A DNA stretch of 25,835 nt, from IMG/VR virus record IMGVR_UViG_3300026210_000276, positions 1-25,835 of that record, one strand, 5' to 3'. The stretch is from a virus (taxonomy: Duplodnaviria; Caudoviricetes). The notes beneath the pieces are model-generated. The model saw only the letters and a program-made list of their open reading frames with translations. It made no database searches and was not told where the DNA came from. This document shows, one piece after another, positions 15,673 to 23,826 of this stretch (position 1 is its first letter; the number at the start of each line of letters is the position of its first letter). A program made the position numbers and the translations under genes.

Positions 15673-16554
15673 ATGGCTAAGAAAACCAGTACATCTAAAC
15701 CCACTCAACGCTGTCCATTATACTATCCAGTGGTAGACGTTTTATGCTGCGTCAAAGAGGTCTTGGAACTGAACAATGATGAGTATGTTTCCAAAGAGGT
15801 CGCATTTAACCATCCAGCCAAAGAATCAACTGTCAGTCAGGTCTTAAAACGTGTTGACAAGTATGTAGAAAATTGTGAAAAGGGCACTCGGTCTCCCGTA
15901 AAAGTCCGACAAGCTAACGCAGTTATTAAATGGATCACCAACCTAGAAGGCGGGGGTCTGGATTCCCAGAATGAATTCCTCGCTACTGTGAAACAGAAGA
16001 TAACCCGAGCTAGTGACCCATATGGGACACCGAGCGGTCCAATTGGTCTCAGCAATAAGGATATACCTTTTGTATGTTGTATCTTCAAACTTAAAGAAAC
16101 CCATGACAACAAGTTGGAAGAAAGTCAGAAGCGAAAGAACTCTGAATTTCTAGGAGAACTCCGCAAACGGGGTGAATTTTTTGTTAAACTGCTTAATATA
16201 AAACGCCCAGGTCAACCACACATGGACACGCATGGCTCACCATACTATGGTCCAGATACAAATTCGATTCTGGGTGAGGCACCCGTCTATCAAATCGTGG
16301 ATAGGAAGGGTAACTACGGATACTTCTTCAGTAAGTTAGACTTTAATATAACAGCCGGTGATTGCTTCCTTATGAGAGCGACACCCGCATCACACTATGT
16401 CTCAAAATTTTATGGTAATAAGGAAACGAGATTCAACAGGGTACGACTATTACAAAACGTGGGTCCGAAGGTTCACCTGGCCATCCCGCGGCGGCGCGCC
16501 GCGGCGGACGTCCGCCGCCGCCGAGGCCTCGGCCGACGAAATGATGTAAAATGA
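15673..16554 (+). CDS. Hypothetical protein with probable C-terminal OB-fold-like domain and anomalous Arg-rich tail
   Basis: AAGGA SD; NSEFLG...GDCF.M.AT...H...ETRFNRV pattern. The last ~25 codons come from the GC-rich palindrome island. Confidence 0.7.
   Translation: MAKKTSTSKPTQRCPLYYPVVDVLCCVKEVLELNNDEYVSKEVAFNHPAKESTVSQVLKRVDKYVENCEKGTRSPVKVRQANAVIKWITNLEGGGLDSQNEFLATVKQKITRASDPYGTPSGPIGLSNKDIPFVCCIFKLKETHDNKLEESQKRKNSEFLGELRKRGEFFVKLLNIKRPGQPHMDTHGSPYYGPDTNSILGEAPVYQIVDRKGNYGYFFSKLDFNITAGDCFLMRATPASHYVSKFYGNKETRFNRVRLLQNVGPKVHLAIPRRRAAADVRRRRGLGRRNDVK
16478..16537. repeat. GC-rich island of tandem perfect palindromes
   Basis: TGGCCA; CCGCGG; GCGGCGCGCCGC (16491-16502); GCGGCGGACGTCCGCCGC (16501-16518); GCCGAGGCCTCGGC (16520-16533); TCGGCCGA (16529-16536). 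Confidence 0.9.
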
Positions 16555-16829
16555 CCGACCATAGACAGCAGGTCTACGAGGGTTATGGTGTATCTTCTAC
16601 GCATAACCCCAATTGCGAAGGTTCACACTGCACTACAGATACCGGTGAAGTGCGGTCCTATACGTTAGGAGAAGGCGAAACAACCTACTATGGTCGCTGG
16701 TATACACCCAACCGGGCAAGAAGCGAGTATATACTTTTATGTCGGTCTTGTTGGGTCCAAGAAAATCAATACCGGTGGACTCATGGTCATGGAATAGAGA
16801 ATTGGTTTAAGAGAGATGAAGAAAAATGA
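16551..16829 (+). CDS. Hypothetical Cys/His-containing protein
   Basis: 92 aa with HNPNCEGSHC and LCRSCW; ATGA-coupled to the upstream gene. Confidence 0.6.
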   Translation: MTDHRQQVYEGYGVSSTHNPNCEGSHCTTDTGEVRSYTLGEGETTYYGRWYTPNRARSEYILLCRSCWVQENQYRWTHGHGIENWFKRDEEK

Positions 16830-17316
16830 GATAACGTGGGACAGACTCTTTATGAGTATGGCCTACCTCGTTGCAATGAAAAGTGAAGACTCCTCCACAC
16901 ATGTTGGAGCGGTCATTGTTGGACCAGATAATGAGATTGTATCTACAGGATATAACGGTCTTGCAAGAGGTGTACGTCCACAAAGAGACAGACACAAACG
17001 ACCAGAAAAATATCATTGGTATGCCCATGCTGAGAGAAATGCTGTATACAACGCAGCCAGGATAGGTGTACCTCTAAAAGATTGTCGTATCTACACCCAA
17101 TGGATACCATGTTCTGGGTGTGCGATTGCGATTATTCAGTCAGGCATCAAAGAGGTTATCGTTCATGATCTCTATGTGCCTACTGAAAAATGGAGTGATT
17201 CTAGTAAGAGGTCATTAGAGATGTTTGACGAGGCTGGAATCACATTTAGATTATATGAGGAGGCCGTAATCAACAAAGTTACGGGACTATTAGATGGTAA
17301 AAAATTCACTGCATAA
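16816..17316 (+). CDS. cd: dCMP deaminase
   Basis: W...FM..A...A..S.D...VGAVIV, STGYNG, HAERNA, PCSGCA..IIQSGIKEV. Confidence 0.93.
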   Translation: MKKNEITWDRLFMSMAYLVAMKSEDSSTHVGAVIVGPDNEIVSTGYNGLARGVRPQRDRHKRPEKYHWYAHAERNAVYNAARIGVPLKDCRIYTQWIPCSGCAIAIIQSGIKEVIVHDLYVPTEKWSDSSKRSLEMFDEAGITFRLYEEAVINKVTGLLDGKKFTA

Positions 17317-17818
17317 GAAAGTCTTTGTGGTATTATCAACATTCTTACTGGTAGGATGTCAAAATATGCCTACGCACCAACAATATCGAACAGGATATCC
17401 TGGTGCTTCAGCAAGTATAGGTATTCCTGTTGGTGCTGCACTTGGTGGAGCATTAGGTTATTCTCTGGGTAACACTCCAGCTAGAAAAACGGCATTGATG
17501 TCGGCTGGTGCAGTAGCGGGTGGTCTATTAGGTTATAACCTAATGAACAGTTACGCAGATCATAGTTCCTATCCGAGGAACGCTTTTATTCAAGCAGCAG
17601 AATATAATCCAAGCCACAGACAAGCCAATTGGCATAACCCCTACACTGATAATTATGGTAACTTTATGCCAATATCCACCTTTAGACAACCAAATGGACA
17701 ATATTGTCGTGAGATACTAGAAACGGTAAGGATTAACAACCAACTGTATTCAAATAAAATTGCAGCTTGTAGAATAAAACGGGATACATGGCAAATTGTA
17801 TCTCGTAGAGGACGTTAA
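17294..17818 (+). CDS. 17 kDa surface-antigen-like (RT0821/Lpp0805) glycine-zipper lipoprotein
   Basis: LLVG-C lipobox, glycine zipper GAALGGALG...GAVAGGLLG, WHNP.T...G, G.YCRE, ACR...TWQIV. Confidence 0.82.
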   Translation: MVKNSLHKKVFVVLSTFLLVGCQNMPTHQQYRTGYPGASASIGIPVGAALGGALGYSLGNTPARKTALMSAGAVAGGLLGYNLMNSYADHSSYPRNAFIQAAEYNPSHRQANWHNPYTDNYGNFMPISTFRQPNGQYCREILETVRINNQLYSNKIAACRIKRDTWQIVSRRGR

Positions 17819-17819
17819 G

Positions 17820-18053
17820 ATGTTGCCTGATGAACAAAACATAAAAGACATATACAACAAACTTCACGAACTAACAGAGGACTTGTGTGTTAATGAACAA
17901 TATACACCCCTAGAGGTTGCATCGGTTCTGATAACACATTCTATCCGCATGTACAAGGTTATGCTTGATGAAGATGATTTTGAGGCGATAATGCAAACGA
18001 TATGGGGTAGCCTTGACGAGATACAACCATTTGACAATCGAGTTCTAAATTAG
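17820..18053 (+). CDS. Hypothetical protein
   Basis: GAGGA SD and ATG 17820; acidic helical protein (MYKVMLDEDDF). Confidence 0.65.
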   Translation: MLPDEQNIKDIYNKLHELTEDLCVNEQYTPLEVASVLITHSIRMYKVMLDEDDFEAIMQTIWGSLDEIQPFDNRVLN

Positions 18054-18097
18054 GAGAGAATGAAGTCACTTTATAACGAAGCTCAGGATTCGGAATT

Positions 18098-18919
18098 GTG
18101 AAGTATGATTTTGAAATAAAAGAGATAAGTCGGTTTGGTTCTACAGAGTTGGTTCAAACTTATCACTATTCTAAGATAATGCCCAGACTTACTAAACATT
18201 TTCTAGGATGTTTTTTGAAAGATGAATTGGTTGGTGCGTTGACTTTAGGGTGGGGAACTCAACCCAAAGCAACCATTGCAAAACTTTTTGATGGTTTGGA
18301 TACAAAAGATTATTATGAGATTGGTAAAATGTGTATGAAACCAGAGATGCCAAAAAACTCTGAATCACAAATGTTATCTGGTGTTGTAAAGTGGATGAAA
18401 GTAAATTGTCCTGAGAAACAATTTCTCTATACCTGGTCAGATGGTATAATGGGAAAACCTGGCTATGTATATCAGGCTGCAAATTTTCTGTATGGTGGAT
18501 TTATTTGGACACAAATTTATATTAGTGATAAAGGTGAAAAGATACATCCAAGGTCTAGTAGAAGGTTATGTGATGAAAATGTTCAATTTAAATTGAAAAG
18601 AGAACCAGACTTTTTTAAAGATAAGAAGGGTGAACGGATATATTGGTTAACACAAGATTTTCTTGATCATAAAGGTATAACTAAGATATATGGAAAACAA
18701 TTTCGTTATATACTTCCTCTTAATAAGAAAGCAAGAAAACTTCTAAAGAAATCAAATGTAGAATGGAACTTAAATTATCCAAAAGGTAATGATTTGATTT
18801 GGGAGAAATCTTCAAGGGACGGAAGAAAGAAATTAGAAGGTATGCCTTATATTGATAGTGATATGACAGAATATAATACAAAAAATGTTAATGCCCATAT
18901 GGGTATACAACGACGATAA
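18098..18919 (+). CDS. Mom-like DNA base-modification enzyme (GNAT fold)
   Basis: YHYSK, LVGALTLG, YEIGKMC, NSESQMLS, YTWSDG..G..GYVYQAANFLYGG, FRYI: the motif order of Mu Mom-like proteins. Markedly AT-rich. Confidence 0.7.
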   Translation: MKYDFEIKEISRFGSTELVQTYHYSKIMPRLTKHFLGCFLKDELVGALTLGWGTQPKATIAKLFDGLDTKDYYEIGKMCMKPEMPKNSESQMLSGVVKWMKVNCPEKQFLYTWSDGIMGKPGYVYQAANFLYGGFIWTQIYISDKGEKIHPRSSRRLCDENVQFKLKREPDFFKDKKGERIYWLTQDFLDHKGITKIYGKQFRYILPLNKKARKLLKKSNVEWNLNYPKGNDLIWEKSSRDGRKKLEGMPYIDSDMTEYNTKNVNAHMGIQRR

Positions 18920-19006
18920 TATGGTTGCTGAATATGCCATTAGAGAATTTGATGAATTTTTATATAGAAAAGAAAGAGGATTAACCTATGGATAAAAGGA
19001 TAAACA

Positions 19007-19252
19007 ATGTTTAAGGTCATTGACAAGGACATTCAGTTTAGGGGTGTTGTAGTTGCACAACTTACTGAGAATTTACTACCATCCCTAGAGGATGAGGTAA
19101 AAGATTTCTTGGAACAGAAAATTAATCACGCAATGAAGGATAAATACAAAGAAGGATATGATGATGGTTGGTCTAACGCTCGGGCTTATAGGCATGAAAG
19201 TTTCCAACCACCTGTAGGTCCACCAAATTATCGCAATGGAGAAGATGAATGA
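19007..19252 (+). CDS. Hypothetical protein
   Basis: AAGGA SD; YKEGYDDGW motif. Confidence 0.65.
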   Translation: MFKVIDKDIQFRGVVVAQLTENLLPSLEDEVKDFLEQKINHAMKDKYKEGYDDGWSNARAYRHESFQPPVGPPNYRNGEDE

Positions 19253-20286
19253 CAGAATTGAATGTGACAGGCTTAGATGAAGCCAATACCGTGAATGATA
19301 TATGGTCGTTTAATGAAGTGTCACCCACCGGAAATGCTATGGGTGGCACAGAACTTATGATGAAATGGTTGCAAGAGAACGTATCAGTAGAGTTGCTTGA
19401 TAAGTATCAAATCATCCAATCTAGGGTCAGAAAACTTGAAGACAAACCAAGAGTTTTATGGTTACATGACACCGCAGATGACCCAGAATCAGCACACCTA
19501 GCAAATCCAGAAAGTTTGGACCAATTCAGGCGTTTGGTTTACGTGTCAAACTGGCAGAAACAGATGTATGAATGGTTCCATGGAATTCCCCCATCTAAGG
19601 GTGTTGTATTGAAAAATGCAATCTACCCTATTGAGGAACATAAAAAACCTGGACCCAAAGAACCCATTAACATAATTTATCACACAACCCCCCATAGAGG
19701 GTTGAACGTGTTATTGTCAGCATTTGATTTGATTTCAACAAAACACACAGATGTTACTCTTGATGTCTATTCTAGTTTTTCTATATATGGTTGGGATAAA
19801 AAAGATGAAGCATTTGCACCTCTATTTGATTATTGTAATGAACATCCACAAATCAACTATCACGGTGCAGTTTCAAATGACGAAGTTAGAGAGGCTCTAA
19901 AGAAAGCACATATCTTTGCATACCCGTCAATTTGGCCAGAAACCTCTTGTATTTCTGTTCTTGAAGCGATGAGCGCAAAGTGTGTGACCGTGTGTCCTAA
20001 TTATGCAGCGTTGCCTGAGACCTGTGCAAACATGGCATGGACGTATGACTTCCATGAAAACCATGAAATACACGCTAAGTTACACGCTAACGTTCTTAAT
20101 GCAGCAATTGAACACTATTGGGACTCAGAGGTGCAAAATAACCTAAGGTTCCAAAAAATGTATTTTGATAGGTTTTATTCTTGGGAAGTGAGAAGTCAAG
20201 AGTGGACTAATTTCTTGAATTCAATAATGGTACAGGCGCCAACAATGGAACCACAAACCGACAGGTCGGCTTATGCAGACCTATAG
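19249..20286 (+). CDS. GT4-family glycosyltransferase
   Basis: GGTE, LWLHD, VSNWQ, YHTTPHRGL, AYPSIWPETSCISVLEAM (ExxxxxxxE), ALPET. Confidence 0.9.
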   Translation: MTELNVTGLDEANTVNDIWSFNEVSPTGNAMGGTELMMKWLQENVSVELLDKYQIIQSRVRKLEDKPRVLWLHDTADDPESAHLANPESLDQFRRLVYVSNWQKQMYEWFHGIPPSKGVVLKNAIYPIEEHKKPGPKEPINIIYHTTPHRGLNVLLSAFDLISTKHTDVTLDVYSSFSIYGWDKKDEAFAPLFDYCNEHPQINYHGAVSNDEVREALKKAHIFAYPSIWPETSCISVLEAMSAKCVTVCPNYAALPETCANMAWTYDFHENHEIHAKLHANVLNAAIEHYWDSEVQNNLRFQKMYFDRFYSWEVRSQEWTNFLNSIMVQAPTMEPQTDRSAYADL

Positions 20287-20419
20287 TGATATTCCTGTGT
20301 TGAGTGAATTGGAACAATTAGTGATGCAGGATATGAGTAACTTTGGTATTCCAATATCAGGAACAGACGACGAATTGAAGTCATTCTACGCCTCGTATTG
20401 GGAAAAAAGACTTGACTAA
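20273..20419 (+). CDS. Small hypothetical protein (48 aa; below ORF-track cutoff)
   Basis: MQTYSDIPVLSELEQLVMQDMSNFGIPISGTDDELKSFYASYWEKRLD* fills the gap exactly. Confidence 0.6.
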   Translation: MQTYSDIPVLSELEQLVMQDMSNFGIPISGTDDELKSFYASYWEKRLD

Positions 20420-20440
20420 TACAAGATAATATAGTATAAT
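20412..20440 (+). promoter_or_regulatory. sigma70-type promoter
   Basis: TTGACT (20412-17), 17 nt spacer, TATAAT (20435-40). The ATG at 20449 is only 8 nt downstream, implying a near-leaderless mRNA. Confidence 0.75.
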
Positions 20441-20448
20441 AGTAGGAA

Positions 20449-21549
20449 ATGGTTAAGAGACAAAAACGGAATGAAGCTGGGTATACGGTGCCAAATTTTG
20501 AGCATTTGGTGCTGAGTCATGCCGGTTATGACCGTGAATTGACCACGGCAATGTTGTATGCAAACTATACCCTGAATCCCAAAAAACTCAAGAAAGAAAC
20601 CCTGCTATATGACAAGAAGAATAGCAAAGTACTCTCAGTAATTCAAGACTGGAAGTTTATTGGCGTAGGCAAGCATTGTTGGATACTTAACAATAATGGC
20701 GAACTCTCCAAACAATCCACAGATTGGTTGTCAAACGAGTTAGTAGCCCTCCGGGAATACGGGAAGGAACTGGAAAAAACCAAACAGGTACTCAAAGAGG
20801 AAAAAACCAAACACAAACCCAACATCCAACAGAAAATACGTGAACAGGTCTCCAACTACATTGGTGAAGTTGAAAGCCATATTGATGAGTTTCTTGAGAA
20901 TGGGTTCATATCTGAAGTCAACATGTACGAATGGTTACAGACCAACAAAGTCAAGGCGATGCAATCAAACAAAATCGCAACATATTACAAGCCCCTCTTG
21001 GGTGAAATACAACAGGTGTTCGACAAGCCTAGGTCTGAGTTGGGTAGGTCATATGGTCTAACAAAGACCAATGCAAAGAAATATCTAACGTTCATACTGG
21101 ACATCATTTCAGATGCGGAGAGGTGGGCTACCAATCAGAAGGCAACGACGGTCAAGAAACCGAGGAAGAAGAAACAGAAGACCGCATTACAGCTCACATC
21201 CAAACTCAAGTATCAGGAAAAGGACAAGACACTCAAGTTAGTGTCCATAACACCAACACAGATTGTAGGTGCAGACCAGTTGTGGGTTTATAATACCAAG
21301 TACAGGACACTCGGAGTGTACCGAGCAGTAGACCGAGGTGGTCTATCGGTCAAGGGTTGCACCATCCTCAACTTTGTACCATCTACATCCGTCGCCAAAA
21401 AGTTACGGAAGCCAAGAGATACCATTGATAAGTGCCTCAATGGCGGTAAGATTATACTCAGAAAACTGTTGAAAGAGCTAACAACCAAAGAAGTCCATCT
21501 CACAGGAAGAATAAATAGCAGCACCATCTTACTAAGGATTATTAAATGA
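20449..21549 (+). CDS. Conserved hypothetical protein of T4-like phages
   Basis: 366 aa with a basic C-terminal domain (LVSITP..IVGA..LWVYNTKYR.LG.Y, KKLRKP, GRIN..TILL); function unknown. Confidence 0.75.
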   Translation: MVKRQKRNEAGYTVPNFEHLVLSHAGYDRELTTAMLYANYTLNPKKLKKETLLYDKKNSKVLSVIQDWKFIGVGKHCWILNNNGELSKQSTDWLSNELVALREYGKELEKTKQVLKEEKTKHKPNIQQKIREQVSNYIGEVESHIDEFLENGFISEVNMYEWLQTNKVKAMQSNKIATYYKPLLGEIQQVFDKPRSELGRSYGLTKTNAKKYLTFILDIISDAERWATNQKATTVKKPRKKKQKTALQLTSKLKYQEKDKTLKLVSITPTQIVGADQLWVYNTKYRTLGVYRAVDRGGLSVKGCTILNFVPSTSVAKKLRKPRDTIDKCLNGGKIILRKLLKELTTKEVHLTGRINSSTILLRIIK

Positions 21550-21932
21550 TAACAGACGACACAACCGATTCAAACAACGTGGTGATGTTTCCTGGGGTCT
21601 TTGATTTGAGTAAAGCTCGGGCTGGTCTCTCAGATGAAACCAAGAAAGAAATTACTGCTAACAAGAGAAATTTTGTTGATGCGTATATAGACAATTATGC
21701 TCAAGGTCTAATACAAAGGTTGGCTATGCAGGGGTTCAATGTCCACACCGAAGAATTTTTTATCCACTTTATGTTCTCTATAGAAGCCTTAAAATCTTGT
21801 CTATATAATACCATGACTATTGAGCATCCTATACAAATGAAGGTAAACGAAATGACAGCATTAGCCAGAGAAGCAGAAGAAAAAATGGAAGAGGAAATAG
21901 AAGAAGAAGAAGGACACCCGATAGAAGAATAA
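21546..21932 (+). CDS. Hypothetical protein
   Basis: NVVMFPG N-terminal motif, HPIQ and an acidic tail; coupled to the upstream gene. Confidence 0.7.
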   Translation: MITDDTTDSNNVVMFPGVFDLSKARAGLSDETKKEITANKRNFVDAYIDNYAQGLIQRLAMQGFNVHTEEFFIHFMFSIEALKSCLYNTMTIEHPIQMKVNEMTALAREAEEKMEEEIEEEEGHPIEE

Positions 21933-21938
21933 TACATC

Positions 21939-22781
21939 ATGGCAATATTGATTGATTTCAACCAAGTCGTTATAGCCAGTATAATGGTTGCGTTTGGTCA
22001 CAAAAAGCACGCTAATATAAATGAGGATATGATAAGGCATCTTGCTTTAAATTCCCTCAGGTATTACAGAACAAGATTCAAGGACAAATATGGTGAACTT
22101 GTCATCTGTTGTGATGATAAGAGGAGCTGGAGAAAGGACATTTTTCCATACTACAAGGCCCACCGTAAGAAGGATCGTGACGAGTCCGATATGGATTGGA
22201 AGTTGATTTTTGACATCATAGACAAGATGAAGCAAGAATTGGTTGAGTATTTCCCCTACAAGGTGATACACATAACAAAAGCCGAAGCAGACGACATCAT
22301 AGGACTTTTATGTAGGATAGCTGACGAAGATACTGTGATTGTAAGTTCTGACAAGGATTTCCGACAGTTACAAACCAACAAGTATATCACACAATGGTCA
22401 CCTAGAACCAAGAGGTTCATACGGGACAAAGACCCCATGACATATCTGAAAGAGCATATCATACGTGGTGACCGTACAGACGGTATCCCAAATTTTCTGT
22501 CAAAGGACGATACGTTTGTGAACGGGTCCCGTCAACGTAGGATAACCGAAAAGAGACTTACGGGTTGGATGGACTGTGAGGTTGAGGACTTCGATGAGAA
22601 CAAATTACGTGGGTTCAAGAGGAACGAACAACTGATTAATTTGCTCTTTACACCAGCGGAAATACAGAAAGAAATTATAGATACCTATAACGAAAAACAT
22701 GATGCCAAACGCAACAAGATATTTGGTTACTTCATTAAGCATAGGATGAAAATGTTGATGAACGACCTCCAGGATTTTTAA
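21939..22781 (+). CDS. rnh: T4-type RNase H / 5'-3' exonuclease
   Basis: ILIDFNQ, SWRKDIFPYYKAHRK, EADDII, IVSSDKDFRQL, GDRTDGIPN, RNEQLI. Confidence 0.93.
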   Translation: MAILIDFNQVVIASIMVAFGHKKHANINEDMIRHLALNSLRYYRTRFKDKYGELVICCDDKRSWRKDIFPYYKAHRKKDRDESDMDWKLIFDIIDKMKQELVEYFPYKVIHITKAEADDIIGLLCRIADEDTVIVSSDKDFRQLQTNKYITQWSPRTKRFIRDKDPMTYLKEHIIRGDRTDGIPNFLSKDDTFVNGSRQRRITEKRLTGWMDCEVEDFDENKLRGFKRNEQLINLLFTPAEIQKEIIDTYNEKHDAKRNKIFGYFIKHRMKMLMNDLQDF

Positions 22782-22800
22782 CTAGAAGAAAGACAAGATC

Positions 22801-23220
22801 ATGATGAAACCTATGTTTGAGATTTTTAAAGAAGTGAAAAAAGCTAAGTCGCTTAAGAAGAAAGTTGAAGTTTTGCGACAAAATGATAGCCCAACCTTAA
22901 GGGAATTTTGTGCTTATTGTGTAAATCCACATATCAATTTCCTATTACCTGAGGGTAACCCGCCATTTGATAAATTGGAGGGTGATGAGGCTATTGATTG
23001 TGAAGAAGTGTTACATGCGAATGTTTCTAAGTTGTACCTGTATGTTGAGGGTGGTAACCCCAACCTGAACCAGATTAAACGGGAAGGACTCTTTATTGAC
23101 CTTTTAGAGACCATTCACCCAGAAGATGCTGAGTTGCTACTCAGGCTGAAGGACAAGAAGGTCAAAGAATTATCCGAGAAGTTGGTGAACGAAGCCTACC
23201 CCGGATTTTTGTCATATTAA
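22801..23220 (+). CDS. Conserved T4-like phage protein (DUF6433-like)
   Basis: LLPEG.PP, KRE.LFI.LLE..HP.DAELL..KDK, AYPG pattern, next to rnh. Confidence 0.75.
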   Translation: MMKPMFEIFKEVKKAKSLKKKVEVLRQNDSPTLREFCAYCVNPHINFLLPEGNPPFDKLEGDEAIDCEEVLHANVSKLYLYVEGGNPNLNQIKREGLFIDLLETIHPEDAELLLRLKDKKVKELSEKLVNEAYPGFLSY

Positions 23221-23221
23221 A

Positions 23222-23461
23222 ATGGAATTCGGACTTGCAAAAATGAGAAGGCATTTGTTGAAGAAACAATTTGCTACAAGACAACTAATCAAATGGCATG
23301 AGAATCATGTCCAAGATTGTAACCATCATATCAAGAGAATTAGAGGTACCAAATACGAGAATGATATGGGGTACTGGCAGTCACAAAAGAACCAACACAA
23401 GAAAGCAATTGAAAAATTGCACTACTTCATGAGAAAACCTAAGCTTCGGGAAGAGTATTAA
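23222..23461 (+). CDS. Hypothetical basic protein
   Basis: 79 aa ORF tightly packed between its neighbours. Confidence 0.55.
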   Translation: MEFGLAKMRRHLLKKQFATRQLIKWHENHVQDCNHHIKRIRGTKYENDMGYWQSQKNQHKKAIEKLHYFMRKPKLREEY

Positions 23462-23826
23462 TGAGGACATCCTATTTCAGTAATATCAAGAACGTAACCA
23501 AACCAATCTCAATTGCTGCGAGTGCCCCACGATGGTACGTAGGTGCTCAGTATATGCGTCTGGCTCCGAAGTATGACACCCTAAAAGACTACAAATCTGG
23601 CAAGATTGATAAAGACCAATACACTAAAGAATACCATGAGAAGGTTCTTAACTTGTTAGATGCTGATGTCATCTATGCGTACTTGACCAGTATATATAAT
23701 GAGGAAGTTACACTCCTATGTTGGGAGAAACCGGATCAGTTTTGTCACCGAAACCTTGTCGCAAAGTGGTTCAAAGACCAACTGGATATTGACATAACAG
23801 AATTAGGACAAGATGAAGTTGTATAA
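23461..23826 (+). CDS. DUF488-family protein
   Basis: TSYF, ISIA...P, LAP, LLCWEKP..FCHR.LVA.W. Confidence 0.82.
   Translation: MRTSYFSNIKNVTKPISIAASAPRWYVGAQYMRLAPKYDTLKDYKSGKIDKDQYTKEYHEKVLNLLDADVIYAYLTSIYNEEVTLLCWEKPDQFCHRNLVAKWFKDQLDIDITELGQDEVV

Noticed and set aside
16478-16537. Intrinsic terminator or CRISPR repeat interpretation of the GC island
   Set aside because: No U-tract on either side, loopless palindromes and no repeat-spacer periodicity. No CRISPR array was seen anywhere in the window.
21860-21932. GAA-rich low-complexity run
   Set aside because: Explained by the poly-Glu tail of the encoded protein.
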